A DNA stretch of 64,000 nt, taken from a virus. The stretch's first letter is position 1. Each line of letters opens with the position of its first letter. Under the pieces are notes generated by a model, which was not told where the DNA came from, ran no database searches, and was given only the letters and a program-made list of their open reading frames with translations. The position numbers were made by a program, and so were the translations under genes. This document shows positions 63,089-64,000 of this stretch, piece after piece. The stretch is taken from the IMG/VR virus record IMGVR_UViG_3300043313_002018, positions 6,730 through 70,729 of that record; one strand, 5' to 3'.

Positions 63089-63389
63089 GCGCACACGCAA
63101 ACCCAAGCTCAGCGCCCAGCGTCAGGGCATTCTCGATCAGCTGAACGATGACGAGGAGGTTATCTTCCGCGAACCGGCGTCCCTGGACGTCGCCATCGTC
63201 GGTCTGCTCGAGCGCTTCGGCCTGCCGCAGCGCATCGTCTGCTACGACCGCGCCAAGGTCATTCAGGCGCTCATCGACGACGGCATGGACGGCGAGGGCG
63301 ACGCCGAGGAGTGGTTCGAGTTCAACACGATTGGCGCCTGGCTGGGCGATGCGACGCCGGCCTTTGTCACGACGGTGGCCGATGCCTAG
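63081..63389 (+). CDS. Conserved small phage protein
   Basis: AIVG..ER.G....CYD..KVI..L...GM....A.EWFEFN..GAW.G..TP.F. Confidence 0.75.
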   Translation: MAKRTRKPKLSAQRQGILDQLNDDEEVIFREPASLDVAIVGLLERFGLPQRIVCYDRAKVIQALIDDGMDGEGDAEEWFEFNTIGAWLGDATPAFVTTVADA

Positions 63390-64000
63390 TCCCCGAAGGC
63401 CGGCCCGAGTACCCGGTCGAGTGCGCCTGGCGGTCGTACTTCCCGGTCATCCCCATCCTCGAACGCCGGCGCCTGGTAGCGCGCCTGCCCGCTTGGTGGC
63501 GGCCCTGCGGGAGCTGGCGGCGTCGATTCGCTCGGCTCGTTCCCGTCGGGCTCGGATCCGGGGTCGGGCTCCGCGGCGGGCTCGGGCTCGTCGCTGAAGT
63601 CCACGCCCTCCTGCTTCGCCAGCCCCTGCAGCCGCTCCACGCGCAGCCGCCGGCGCCGCTGCTCGGGCCCCTCGCGCGCTTCTTGCATCCGTGCCCAGCC
63701 GACGTCCAGCATGGTGTTGCCGAGCGCAATCTTCTTGAGCGTCGGGAACGCGACCGACTGCAGGTAGTCGCGGCGCGCGGCCGGGGAGTCCAGCCCCAGG
63801 TAGTACTCGTTGGCGAAGATCAGCGAGTCCGCGTACTGGGACACGGCGGAGGAGTAGTTGTACCCAATCAGCCGATCGAGGAACACGTCGTGCGTGCTAC
63901 GGATGTACACCGCGCTGCCGGGTACCCCCGTGGCGTTGATCTCCCCGCTCACCCGATCGAACTGGCGCAAGGTGATGCCCAAGCCCGCACGCAGGTCCGG
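63386..64000 (-). CDS. C-terminal part of a large minus-strand (probably internal virion) protein; runs off the right edge
   Basis: Frame open to the window edge; converges on the replication operon; acidic Pro-rich tail. Confidence 0.55.
   Translation of the reverse strand, partial: PDLRAGLGITLRQFDRVSGEINATGVPGSAVYIRSTHDVFLDRLIGYNYSSAVSQYADSLIFANEYYLGLDSPAARRDYLQSVAFPTLKKIALGNTMLDVGWARMQEAREGPEQRRRRLRVERLQGLAKQEGVDFSDEPEPAAEPDPGSEPDGNEPSESTPPAPAGPPPSGQARYQAPAFEDGDDREVRPPGALDRVLGPAFGD

Overview
This window is a large, probably near-complete segment of a high-GC tailed dsDNA phage with P22/podovirus-like morphogenesis genes; it is not ordinary bacterial chromosome. Late genes run on the minus strand from about 33.4 kb to position 1, in this order: candidate terS, lysis cassette, a terminase large subunit split into ATPase and nuclease ORFs, portal, scaffold, major capsid, decoration proteins, three adaptor paralogues, tail fibre/receptor modules, hub, needle, GNAT and an ejection protein. 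An array of small early genes on the plus strand (34.1-39.7 kb) is followed by a palindrome/iteron-rich candidate replication origin (about 39.76-39.95 kb) and a RepA-like helicase on the minus strand. A plus-strand module (41.2-63.4 kb) holds a PD-(D/E)XK nuclease, AAA ATPase, SSB-like protein, Pif1/RecD-like helicase and a UDG-fused family A polymerase with His at the E. coli F762 position. Embedded in that module are six glycosyltransferase-like genes, a GDP-fucose-synthase-like reductase, an NDP-hexose C-methyltransferase and a DUF6165-like gene. The most striking features are this phage-encoded glycan-building locus and a perfect 67-bp inverted repeat in one of its glycosyltransferase genes, which covers that gene's own start and leaves the ORF in frame in either orientation of the enclosed segment. 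Other notable signals are a start-associated motif (AGGCTGAG), a late structured RNA whose loop is complementary to that motif, two families of palindromic operators at promoters, and export-type leaders on tail-region proteins. No integrase, tRNA, rRNA, CRISPR array or reverse transcriptase was seen. The host is tentatively Acidobacteriota (Vicinamibacterales-like), inferred from my recollection of one SpoVG-like gene family. All family assignments come from motif recognition by eye, not database searches.
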